Origin: Parcubacteria group bacterium
GTDB lineage: Bacteria > Patescibacteriota > Minisyncoccia > UBA6257 > JACRHW01
Assembly: GCA_016217555.1 (NCBI GenBank)
Contig: JACRHW010000017.1
Span: 5,093 to 69,092, forward strand
DNA length: 64,000 bases
Direction: 5' to 3'
How positions within the stretch are numbered: the first letter of the stretch is position 1; every line of letters begins with the position of its first letter. This document shows, in pieces, positions 46,089 to 54,307 of this stretch. The position numbers and the translations under genes are program-made. A model generated the notes under the pieces. That model ran no database searches and had not been told where the DNA came from. It was given only the letters and a program-made list of their open reading frames with translations.

Positions 46089-49000
46089 ATGGGTAATTCC
46101 AAATTTAAAAAAGTTGCGACGAAAGTTGTTGCAGTAAGCCTTTCGCTTACTACCGCAATTTGGCTTTCTGGCGCGGCTATGGCGCTTCCTTTGGCAGCGA
46201 AAGCGGCCACTGTTGATGAGCTCATGGCACAAATCACTGCACTTCAAGCGCAGGTTGCTAGTATGCAGGCTCCAGTAGCTTCAAGTGCGTATTCTTACAC
46301 ACGCAATCTTACGGTGGGATCGCGTGGAGCTGACGTAACAGCTCTTCAGGATACATTAATCTCTGGTGGATATCTCAAAGTATCTGCAACAGGATACTTT
46401 GGTGCTTTGACTAAGGTAGCTGTAAAGGCGTGGCAGGCAGCAGCCGGACTTCCTTCAACAGGATATTTCGGTCCTATGTCTCGCGCAAAGGTAGCAACCG
46501 TTGGTGGAACACCTACCTCAGGTACAACACCAACACCAGGCATAACACCTACCCCAGGTACAACACCAGTTCCAACTGGCACTGGCTTGGCCGTAGCAGT
46601 TGACGCATCAAATCCGGCAGCGGGTAGTTTTCCAGCTGGTGGAAGTCAGATTCCATTCTTGAAATTGAAGTTCACAGCAGGTTCAGCGGATACAACCGTA
46701 ACTGCAATGAATGTATATCGTGGAGGACTCTCTAGCGATAACGATATCTCGAATGTTTATTTGATGGATGGTTCATCGGTTTTGGCAACCAATCTTGGTT
46801 TGTCGAGCGGAAAAGCTTATTTCTCTCTCGCAACTGGATTATTTACAGTTAAGGCGGGAACAAGCAGGGTTGTTACTGTTGCTGCAGATATTTCTGCAAC
46901 AAACACAGCATCTCATGCTTATACATTTGGTGTAAATTCAGCAGCTGATATTACTCCATCTGCGGGTGTTACAGGTACATTCCCAATGACGGGTAATACC
47001 ATGACAGCCGTTTCAGTAACAAATCCGGGACTTGCAACACTTACAGTTGCCAGCGTTTCAACAGGTGGTTCTGTAAACGCAGGAACAACTGGTTTCTTAG
47101 CTGGCCAATTCTCTCTACAGTCCGCAAATAGTGCAGTAAGTGTAAAATCTGTTAAGTTGACAGATGTAGGAACCAATACTCATTCATCAGATATCTCAAA
47201 CATCAAATTGATGAACGGAGGAACACAGGTGGGTGCAACCATTGTGAATGCAAATTCAGATGGTACGGTTGTGTTTAATCTTTCAAGCAATCCTCTACGG
47301 GTTGCATCAGGTCAGACAATTAACCTTTCTGTATATGCTGATGTTGTAGGAGGTGTTAATCGAACACTTCGCTTCACAGTTCAGCACTCTTATGATGTTA
47401 CCGCTACCGACATGACATATAATGTTGGTGCTGGTCTTCTTGGAACATATCCAGTACAGGCTTCTTCTGTAAGTATCAGCTCTGGCTCTTTGGTGGTTAG
47501 CAAGAACGCAGCTTCTCCAACAAACTATATTGCTCGTGGTGCAACCAATGCAACATTGGCAAAGTTTGACTTTAATGCTTCTGGTGAAGCAGTGAGGATT
47601 ACTGCTATTACCTATCAGGTTGGTACTTATAGTGCTAATCAAGAAAATGCAGTATGGAATAACTTGAAGCTCGTTGATGATCAGGGTGTTCAAATTGGAA
47701 CAACCGCTACAGCCGTTTCTTCTGATAGCGTTTCCACAACACAACACTCAACGGCCCTTACTGGCTTGAACTACATTATTCCTGCAAATACAACTCGTTC
47801 GCTTTCTATTGTTCTTGATACTGTATCAACATACGCAGGAAGCATGACAGGAAGTATTACTTCAATAACAGCTCAGGGTTACACCTCGCTTACAGCTATT
47901 CCAAATCCTGGTCCAGATACTTCAACACACGCAGGGAATGCTCTTAGCGCATCTTCAAATCCATTCGTTGCTTCACTTAACAATGGTGTAGGTGCAATTA
48001 GTAGTGTTTCTGGTGCACAAGGTATCAAAATAGGATCTTTTGCCTTGGCAGCAGGTGCAGCAGAAGGAGTAAATGTTACAAGTCTTACCGTGAAAACCGG
48101 TTCGGCCGTTTCATCTCAATATCGTAACTTGAAAGTTATGGTGGGCAGTACTCAGCTAGGTAATACGAACTCAACGCTTACTGATAGTACTGAGTATTCA
48201 GTTTCAGCTTCTAATATCATGATCCCAGTAGGTGGACAGATTGTTGTAGATGTCTATGCTGACACCGTTTCTGGTGCAACATCGTCAGCTGCAGCCGTTC
48301 TTCTTTCTGGTGGTTCAGCAAATGGTGCTTCAACCAACACAACGAGGACTCTTACTAATTCTAGCGGCACAAAGCTTACGAGCTCTGTTACTGTAACTGG
48401 TCAGGTTGATACTATAACAGCATCAGGGAATCTTACAGACGCGTTAGCTCCCTCACCTGTAGTGTCCCAACAAGTTGCTATGGGTGTAACAGGCGTGGTT
48501 CTTGGAACGTTCAAACTTTCTGAGACAACCAATAGCGAGTCAATTGATGTTACGAGCATTGTTGTAAATTCAACTTCAACATCTGCCAACGACATCAAGA
48601 ACCTTAGGCTTATGAATGGAACAACTCCAGTTGGTTCATCTGTGGCAGGTCTTCCTGGTTCAGGTGCACAAGCAACTACCTTTACGATACCTATCGATCC
48701 TGTCACTGGTCACTCTGTCTTTATTGTTCCTCAGAATAACTATGTAACTTTGAGTGTTGTTGCTGATACTAATGATGCAACAGGTGGTGCCGCTTCTAAT
48801 GACACCATAACAGTTGGTCTTGGTGCAGTTACTGGTCAAGGACATTCCTCGGCAGCACCTGCAAATGCAACACCTACAAGCGTAGACAGTTCCGCAACCT
48901 TTACTCTTCATCGCGCAACAATGAGTGTTGCCGTTGCTTCCGGAAGTTATGTGGATAACAGCATTACGGACAACAAGATCGTGGCAAAGTTTAGCTTTAC

Positions 49001-49379
49001 TAATTCAGGGAATTATGATGCTACTATCGCTACATCTTCTATCCAACAGGTTGGTGCAGCGGTAACATCGACTGGTGTTACCTTCACCTTCTTTGATGGA
49101 GACACGAATGCTTCAATCGCAACAACTGGTGCAGTTACAGCAAGCACTTCTGCTGCTGTAGTAACATTTAGTACTGCGGTAACGGTTGCGAAGAATACAA
49201 CGAAGACTATTATAGTGAAAGCGAATCTTTCTACTGCAAGTTATACCTATAGCAATCCAGCTAAGTCATATGCAGTCAATCTTACGGGTTTTGCCTGGGG
49301 AGATGGCTCAGTGACAGGTATTTCTCCTGACACAAGCAAGATTACTTTCCCAATTTCTGGTCCTTCAATGTCCCTGTAA
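46089..49379 (+). CDS. Large secreted surface protein: signal peptide, PG_binding_1-like peptidoglycan-binding domain, Thr/Pro linker, then about 8 degenerate 100-120-aa S/T/G/V-rich beta-type repeats (S-layer/adhesin-like)
   Basis: Signal peptide MGNSKFKKVATKVVAVSLSLTTAIWLSGAAMALPLAAKA. PG-binding domain RGADVTALQDTLISGGYL...GYFGALTKVAVKAWQAAAGLPSTGYFGP. Linker TPTSGTTPTPGITPTPGTTPVP. Recurring blocks (D/N)I(S/K)N(I/V/L)xLM(N/D)G(S/T). Confidence 0.6.
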   Translation: MGNSKFKKVATKVVAVSLSLTTAIWLSGAAMALPLAAKAATVDELMAQITALQAQVASMQAPVASSAYSYTRNLTVGSRGADVTALQDTLISGGYLKVSATGYFGALTKVAVKAWQAAAGLPSTGYFGPMSRAKVATVGGTPTSGTTPTPGITPTPGTTPVPTGTGLAVAVDASNPAAGSFPAGGSQIPFLKLKFTAGSADTTVTAMNVYRGGLSSDNDISNVYLMDGSSVLATNLGLSSGKAYFSLATGLFTVKAGTSRVVTVAADISATNTASHAYTFGVNSAADITPSAGVTGTFPMTGNTMTAVSVTNPGLATLTVASVSTGGSVNAGTTGFLAGQFSLQSANSAVSVKSVKLTDVGTNTHSSDISNIKLMNGGTQVGATIVNANSDGTVVFNLSSNPLRVASGQTINLSVYADVVGGVNRTLRFTVQHSYDVTATDMTYNVGAGLLGTYPVQASSVSISSGSLVVSKNAASPTNYIARGATNATLAKFDFNASGEAVRITAITYQVGTYSANQENAVWNNLKLVDDQGVQIGTTATAVSSDSVSTTQHSTALTGLNYIIPANTTRSLSIVLDTVSTYAGSMTGSITSITAQGYTSLTAIPNPGPDTSTHAGNALSASSNPFVASLNNGVGAISSVSGAQGIKIGSFALAAGAAEGVNVTSLTVKTGSAVSSQYRNLKVMVGSTQLGNTNSTLTDSTEYSVSASNIMIPVGGQIVVDVYADTVSGATSSAAAVLLSGGSANGASTNTTRTLTNSSGTKLTSSVTVTGQVDTITASGNLTDALAPSPVVSQQVAMGVTGVVLGTFKLSETTNSESIDVTSIVVNSTSTSANDIKNLRLMNGTTPVGSSVAGLPGSGAQATTFTIPIDPVTGHSVFIVPQNNYVTLSVVADTNDATGGAASNDTITVGLGAVTGQGHSSAAPANATPTSVDSSATFTLHRATMSVAVASGSYVDNSITDNKIVAKFSFTNSGNYDATIATSSIQQVGAAVTSTGVTFTFFDGDTNASIATTGAVTASTSAAVVTFSTAVTVAKNTTKTIIVKANLSTASYTYSNPAKSYAVNLTGFAWGDGSVTGISPDTSKITFPISGPSMSL

Positions 49380-49407
49380 TCAGTTTCTCGATAGCACACA
49401 ATCGTTT

Positions 49408-49438
49408 AAAAACCCCTCTTTTTGAGGGGTTTTTAATT
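49408..49438 (+). terminator. Rho-independent terminator
   Basis: AAAACCCCTC-TTTT-TGAGGGGTTTT followed by AATTTT. Confidence 0.55.
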
Positions 49439-49502
49439 TTGTCTTCTTCCGTGTCATAAAAAAGTTGCGTAGGAAAATGTTTTATGTTAGTATCTCTACT
49501 AT

Positions 49503-49736
49503 ATGAAAAAGACTATTCACCCAGAGTATTTTGAGGCACATGTCTCTTGTGCGTGTGGAAACACATTTACGGTAGGTTCTACGCAGAAGGAGATACGTAC
49601 CGAAATTTGTGATAAATGCCATCCTTTTTATATTGGAAAGGAGCGCTTGCTTGATGTCGCAGGACAGGTTGAGAAATTTAAATCAAGGGCGGGGAAGGCG
49701 GTAACGAGAAAAAAGAAAACAGTAAGTAGAAAATAG
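49503..49736 (+). CDS. rpmE: 50S ribosomal protein L31
   Basis: [17 protein letters not shown]...[10 protein letters not shown] is the L31 zinc-ribbon signature. Confidence 0.85.
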   Translation: MKKTIHPEYFEAHVSCACGNTFTVGSTQKEIRTEICDKCHPFYIGKERLLDVAGQVEKFKSRAGKAVTRKKKTVSRK

Positions 49737-49739
49737 AAC

Positions 49740-50498
49740 ATGAACAACACAAATACAACAATACCAACACCATCTGTTCCCGTTTCTGGGGAGGGGGTTT
49801 TAGATGTCCATACACGAGAGATGATGAAGGCGGGGGTGCATTATGGACATCGTACTTCACGAACACATCCCAAAATGAAGCCTTTTGTCGCTGGCGTCAA
49901 AAACAACATTGAGATTATTGATCTCGAGGCGACGCGTGATCAGCTAGAGAAGGCAATGACCTTTTTAAAAAGTTTGCCTAAGGATGCGCTTATTCTTTTT
50001 GTAGGGACCCTTCCTCCCTCTCAATCAATTGTACGTGAAATTGCTACGGAGCTTGGATGTCTTTCGGTGACAGAGCGTTGGCTGGGCGGGCTTCTTACCA
50101 ATTTCAAAATGGTATCAGGAAGAATCAAGAATATGATCGATCTCAAAAAGAAAAGATTGGCAGGAGAGTTTGAAAAATATACTAAAAAGGAACAACAGGG
50201 TATCAATCATGAAATTCAACGCGCAGAACGAGTTTTTAGTGGACATGACGCACTTATTCGTATTCCTGATGCATTAATCGTGGTAGGTGTAACCCCCCAC
50301 ATGACAGCTATTAACGAAGCGCGTATTAAAAATGTTCCTATTATTGCTCTTGTTGACACCGATGCAAGTCCTGTTCTTATCGATTATCCTATCGCAGCAA
50401 ACGACAATGCTCGTTCAAGTATTGCATACATCTTATCTCGACTTGCTACTGCTATCAAGGAAACACGTGGTACTACTACGCAGGAAGTATCTTCATAA
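49740..50498 (+). CDS. rpsB: 30S ribosomal protein S2
   Basis: MMKAGVHYGHRTSRTHPKMKPFVAGVKNNIEIIDL matches the S2 N-terminus, and synteny with tsf supports it. Confidence 0.9.
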   Translation: MNNTNTTIPTPSVPVSGEGVLDVHTREMMKAGVHYGHRTSRTHPKMKPFVAGVKNNIEIIDLEATRDQLEKAMTFLKSLPKDALILFVGTLPPSQSIVREIATELGCLSVTERWLGGLLTNFKMVSGRIKNMIDLKKKRLAGEFEKYTKKEQQGINHEIQRAERVFSGHDALIRIPDALIVVGVTPHMTAINEARIKNVPIIALVDTDASPVLIDYPIAANDNARSSIAYILSRLATAIKETRGTTTQEVSS

Positions 50499-50529
50499 TC
50501 TGGTATAATCAGACTATAAAATTTAATTC

Positions 50530-51114
50530 ATGGAAAACTACGATCTTATTAAAAAACTTCGTGAGGCAACAGGCGTCTCTCTTATGGAGTGCAAAAATGC
50601 ACTTGAGGAAATGGGGGGTGATTTTGATAAAGCATTCGAGTTGATGAGAAAGAAGGGGATTGCCAAAGCAGAGAAGAAGGCAGAGCGAGCCACAGGGGTA
50701 GGAAGAATAGAGGCGTATGTTCACGCAGGTAATCGTGTGGGAGTGCTTCTTGATATTCGTTGTGAGACAGATTTTGTCGCTCGAAATGAAGTATTTATAG
50801 AGTTGGCGCACGAGGTTGCCATGCAGATAGCAGCACTTTCTCCAAGGTACGTGAATAGTGATGAGGTTCCTGCGGAGGTTATTGCAAGTGAGCGCGCTAT
50901 ATTTGAGGCAAGTATGGCAGACCAAAAGAAACCAAAAGAAATGCTCGATAAAATTATCGATGGTAAACTTGCAAAACGTTTTGAGGAGATGTGTCTTTTA
51001 GATCAGCCTTTTATTAAGGATCAGACGATGAAGGTGCGCGATATTATTAAAAATTATATTTCAAAGTTGGGTGAAAATATCGTGGTGGCACGCTTCACCC
51101 GTTTTGAGGCATAA
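50530..51114 (+). CDS. tsf: Elongation factor Ts (short form)
   Basis: LIKKLREATGVSLMECKNALEE (UBA-like N-terminus) plus a dimerisation core; lies downstream of rpsB. Confidence 0.85.
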   Translation: MENYDLIKKLREATGVSLMECKNALEEMGGDFDKAFELMRKKGIAKAEKKAERATGVGRIEAYVHAGNRVGVLLDIRCETDFVARNEVFIELAHEVAMQIAALSPRYVNSDEVPAEVIASERAIFEASMADQKKPKEMLDKIIDGKLAKRFEEMCLLDQPFIKDQTMKVRDIIKNYISKLGENIVVARFTRFEA

Positions 51115-51119
51115 TCTTC

Positions 51120-51476
51120 ATGTACGCGTTTTTCCCTTATTTCGGTATTTTCCTTGGGTTGGGTTTGGTGCTTTACGTAGTGATTAAAAATATCCCTGCA
51201 ACAGGAGACGAAGAGCTGATGCTTCTTTATGAGCGGTTTTCTATTCGGCGCTATGTTTCACATGCTACTATAGAGAAAATAGATGGATATGCTGCAGTGT
51301 ATTCAGAGAAGGTGTTAAGAAAGACGAGGGTATTTCTTCTTAAGGCAGAACGTTCTGTTTCAGGCGCTCTTCACCACATGAAAGAAATTGCCCACAGAAC
51401 TTCTCATGCAAAGAAGAATAGTATCGTAAGTTCGGTTGCAGAAGAGAAGAAAGAAGACGAGAAGTCTGCCAAGTAG
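51120..51476 (+). CDS. Hypothetical small membrane protein
   Basis: 118 aa with one N-terminal TM helix and a K/E-rich tail. Confidence 0.3.
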   Translation: MYAFFPYFGIFLGLGLVLYVVIKNIPATGDEELMLLYERFSIRRYVSHATIEKIDGYAAVYSEKVLRKTRVFLLKAERSVSGALHHMKEIAHRTSHAKKNSIVSSVAEEKKEDEKSAK

Positions 51477-51580
51477 TGCCACCTTAGCTCAGCTGGCAGA
51501 GCAACACTTTTGCTCCGATATTGTATAAAATCATAAATTTTGTACAATATCGAGAGTCCTCGATTTTATAAAAAAAATTT

Positions 51581-51654
51581 GCCAGAGTAGCTCAGCTGGC
51601 AGAGCAACACTTTTGTAAAGTGAAGGTCGCGAGTTCGAATCTCGCCTCTGGCTC
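51581..51654 (+). tRNA. tRNA-Thr (anticodon UGU)
   Basis: GCCAGAG...CTCTGGC-T acceptor stem, anticodon loop TTTGTAA and T-loop GTTCGAATC. Confidence 0.8.
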
Positions 51655-51687
51655 ACGCAAATTTTTATAAAATCGGGATAAAGTGAA

Positions 51688-51786
51688 CCCCGTTAGAAGT
51701 AGGTAAAAACATTTGTTGTTCGTCTCGTGTATATCATAGATGGTACAATAATGTAGAAAAATTGTTTTTGTATACTTCTAACGGGG
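51688..51786. mobile_element. Family F MITE-like element, copy 2, inserted into the 3' half of the split tRNA (TGAA duplication)
   Basis: CCCCGTTAGAAGTAG ... CTACTTCTAACGGGG. The flanks are AAGTGAA| and |TGAAGGTC. Confidence 0.55.
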
Positions 51787-51827
51787 TGAAGGTCCTCGGT
51801 TCGAATCCGAGAGGTGGCTCAGGTATT

Positions 51828-51910
51828 GGGTGCGTCGCATAGCGGCAATTGCATGTGGCTGTAAACCACACGTCCTCGTGACTACGGGGGTTCGAGTCCC
51901 TCCGCACCCA
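51828..51910 (+). tRNA. tRNA-Tyr (anticodon GUA)
   Basis: GGGTGCG...CGCACCC-A acceptor stem, a 3-bp D-stem, anticodon loop CTGTAAA and a long variable arm (type II). Confidence 0.8.
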
Positions 51911-51926
51911 CTTAATGGTGTATAAG

Positions 51927-51957
51927 AAAAGCGCCATTGTGTGGGCGCTTTTTGTTT
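51927..51957. terminator. Bidirectional Rho-independent terminator
   Basis: GCGCC-ATTGTGTG-GGCGC followed by TTTTTGTTTTT, between the tRNA cluster (+) and the patatin-like gene (-). Confidence 0.5.
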
Positions 51958-52821
51958 TTAGATTTGTTGGAGGGCTTGAATGGTGAGTTTGTATCCTTGA
52001 TCGATAGAGTCTGAAATCTCTCCTTTTGAGAAATTGACGACGGTAAGATTCTGATACGTCTTGATCGGCTTAATGATGAGGATTTTCTTTCTGCCCACGA
52101 TCATTTCAAGCATGCGTAAACTTTTCTTTAGATTGTCAAAATAGATATAGTTGGATCCCCCCAGAGACTTCCAGCTTCCGGCAGGCATAAGGATGGGCCT
52201 TAATGCAGGCGTAAAGGGGTCTATTTGATGTTCTGGGTCAATTACAATGATGAGGTCAAGCATCTTTTTTATATCTTCTAGGGCTTCGGGGATCCATACA
52301 AAACCATCACAATAATCCATACCATTTATATGAACAGGAGGCATAATACCCGGAATACTTGCAGAAGCAAGAATTAATTTAATCAGGTACTTTTCGTTAT
52401 TACCTTGTGTCTTTAAACTTTTTGAAGAGAATAATTCTGCTTCATTGGTATTAAGATTTCGGGCTATTATGTCTAGGCGGGCATGAGAGGCAATGATTTT
52501 TCCTGCATCTATTTTTTTGATCAGTTCTTCAACGCGTTTATTGGGTTTATTTCTTCCTGCCTGGTTTAAGATAATGGTAAGTAAATCAAATAACTGACCA
52601 ACCCCCATCCGTTCTACATCTTGCCAAACACGTATTAGGGGATCGGCTGTAAAGTCATCTGAAATAAATTTTGCACCGTTGAATGTTCCTCCTGATACGA
52701 CTTGTAGGTAGGGGATATTTTCCTTTGGAATGTATTCTGTGATTGCTTTAAGGGCACCCGCCTGGAAGGCACATTTACAACCTCCGCTGGGCAGTATAAT
52801 TCCGACTTTTTGATGTTTCAT
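51958..52821 (-). CDS. Patatin-like phospholipase family protein
   Basis: N-terminus ILPSGGCKCAFQAGAL (Gly-rich oxyanion motif) and VVSGGTFNG (GxSxG-like). Confidence 0.45.
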   Translation of the reverse strand: MKHQKVGIILPSGGCKCAFQAGALKAITEYIPKENIPYLQVVSGGTFNGAKFISDDFTADPLIRVWQDVERMGVGQLFDLLTIILNQAGRNKPNKRVEELIKKIDAGKIIASHARLDIIARNLNTNEAELFSSKSLKTQGNNEKYLIKLILASASIPGIMPPVHINGMDYCDGFVWIPEALEDIKKMLDLIIVIDPEHQIDPFTPALRPILMPAGSWKSLGGSNYIYFDNLKKSLRMLEMIVGRKKILIIKPIKTYQNLTVVNFSKGEISDSIDQGYKLTIQALQQI

Positions 52822-52957
52822 AGTTTTTCCTCCTTATTGTGTCAAAGTGCACACCTTACTACTATCTAGCGCGAATGAGCCTTTCTGTAAACCCATACAC
52901 TCTACTCTTCTCTTTTTTCTAAAACTTTGATAAAGTAAGTCTTAGTGTATAGATATC

Positions 52958-53029
52958 GCCGGACTAGCTCATTGGTAGAGCGCATCCCTGAAGAGGATGG
53001 CGTACCCAGTTCGATTCTGGGGTCCGGCA
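52958..53029 (+). tRNA. tRNA-Phe (anticodon GAA)
   Basis: GCCGGAC...GTCCGGC-A acceptor stem, anticodon loop CTGAAGA and T-loop GTTCGATTC. Confidence 0.85.
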
Positions 53030-53094
53030 CAATAGAGCTCTATCTTCTAAAGAATAAGCTTTGCTACGGGCTTATTTTTTGTTATCATGAAAAT

Positions 53095-53679
53095 ATGATT
53101 AATAAAGAAAAGCTTTTTGAATTATATACGCATGAAGGTAAATCAATGCAAGAAATTGCAATACTTTTGGGTTGCTCTGTTCACACTGTGGTTTATTGGA
53201 TGCAAAAGTATGATATTAAAAGGCGTTCTATAAGTGAGGCGGTATATAGAAAATGTAATCCAGGCGGAGATCCTTTTGAATTTGTTTTTCCAACCAATCA
53301 AGAAGAAGCACAATTATTTGGTTTAGGGATTGGTCTTTATTGGGGAGAGGGAACAAAAGCAAACGAGAGTTCTGTCCGTTTAGCCAATACCAATCCCGAG
53401 CTAATTAAGAAATTTATAGAGTTTCTTATTACATTTTTTAATATTAAAAAAGGTGATCTTAGGTTTGGCTTACAGATTTTTACAGATATTGATCCTAAAA
53501 AAGCTATGGACTTTTGGATAAAAAAGCTTACAATAAACAGGGATCAATTTTATAAGACGATTATTACGAAATCTGGTTCACTGGGTACTTATAGAAAGAA
53601 AAGTGAATACGGAGTGATTAGTGTTATGTATCACAATACTAAGATGAGAAATGTGTTAGTTGGTCTTTTGCCAATGTAG
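53095..53679 (+). CDS. HTH protein with a LAGLIDADG-like motif (candidate free-standing homing-endonuclease-like gene)
   Basis: N-terminal HTH KSMQEIAILLGCSVHTVVYWM, then LFGLGIGLYWGEGTK, which resembles the LAGLIDADG / GxxxGEGS motif. The stop overlaps the next tRNA. Confidence 0.35.
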   Translation: MINKEKLFELYTHEGKSMQEIAILLGCSVHTVVYWMQKYDIKRRSISEAVYRKCNPGGDPFEFVFPTNQEEAQLFGLGIGLYWGEGTKANESSVRLANTNPELIKKFIEFLITFFNIKKGDLRFGLQIFTDIDPKKAMDFWIKKLTINRDQFYKTIITKSGSLGTYRKKSEYGVISVMYHNTKMRNVLVGLLPM

Positions 53680-53742
53680 CTCAGCTGGTAGAGCAACTCC
53701 ATGGTAAGGAGTAGGTCCGCGGTCCGAATCCGCGCATTGGCT
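53670..53742 (+). tRNA. tRNA-Thr (anticodon GGU)
   Basis: GCCAATG...CATTGGC-T acceptor stem and anticodon loop ATGGTAA. Confidence 0.85.
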
Positions 53743-53813
53743 CTGGTCTGGTTTTCTTGAAAAGCTTGTTACTTTTTTGGAAGTGTGATATATATGTTTA
53801 TTACCTTATAATT

Positions 53814-53984
53814 ATGGCAACATCAAAATTTACTGCGAATTTGTTACGTCTTAAATGTACCGGCTGTGCCCGGATGAATTATTATACCCGCAAGAACAAA
53901 AAGACTGTTGAGCGCAAGCTTGATCTCAAAAAATATTGCAAGTGGTGTAAGATGAGGAAGTCTCACAAAGAAGTAAAGAAGTAA
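53814..53984 (+). CDS. rpmG: 50S ribosomal protein L33
   Basis: KCTGCARMNYYTRKNKKTVERKLDLKKYCKWCKMRKSHKE is the L33 signature. Confidence 0.8.
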   Translation: MATSKFTANLLRLKCTGCARMNYYTRKNKKTVERKLDLKKYCKWCKMRKSHKEVKK

Positions 53985-54063
53985 TAGGATAGTTTTTCTT
54001 GAATTTCGGATACAATAAGTTACAATTGAAACACATCCCAAGAGATGTGTTTCTTTTAATAAT

Positions 54064-54134
54064 GGGGCTATAGTTCAATGGTAGAATGTTGGTCTCCAAA
54101 ACCAATGATCAAGGTTCGAATCCTTGTGGCCCCG
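54064..54134 (+). tRNA. tRNA-Trp (anticodon CCA)
   Basis: GGGGCTA...TGGCCCC-G acceptor stem, anticodon loop CTCCAAA and T-loop GGTTCGAATCC. Confidence 0.85.
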
Positions 54135-54307
54135 CAGTGAACGAAGTGAGCAAGGGGCCAAGCACGCCAACTGCTTGGCGTGCGTCAAGGATTCGAAAGC
54201 CGGAGCATGTCCCGAGTTTGTTGAGGGACGCGAGGCGGGGTCGACGGGCTTCCGAAGGAAGAACCGGTGACCGCATCTTTGTGGCGACTGAGTATATAAA
54301 AAATATT

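Larger units (their letters stand above)
51478..51819 (+). pseudogene. Interrupted tRNA-Thr(UGU) paralogue. The 5' half is 51478-51512. The 3' part is 51678-51687 plus 51787-51819. It is split by a 165-nt insert carrying an intact tRNA-Thr and by a family F MITE.
   Basis: GCCACCTTAGCTCAGCTGGCAGAGCAACACTTTTG | ... | TAAAGTGAA | MITE | GGTCCTCGGTTCGAATCCGAGAGGTGGCT reconstitutes a perfect cloverleaf with a 7-bp acceptor stem GCCACCT/AGGTGGC. Confidence 0.5.

Noticed and set aside
51513-51786. Group I or archaeal-type intron interpretation of the tRNA-Thr interruption
   Set aside because: The 165-nt insert is too short for a group I core and consists mainly of a hairpin plus a complete tRNA gene. 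The second insert has TIRs and TSDs typical of a MITE. Splicing is left as an open question in the findings, not a call.
54135-54307. SRP RNA (ffs) assignment for the GC-rich spacer after tRNA-Trp
   Set aside because: Only a partial CCGAAGGAAG resemblance to the domain IV tetraloop region was seen. The flanking conserved AGGUCAGG and GCAGCC blocks are absent, which is insufficient for a call.
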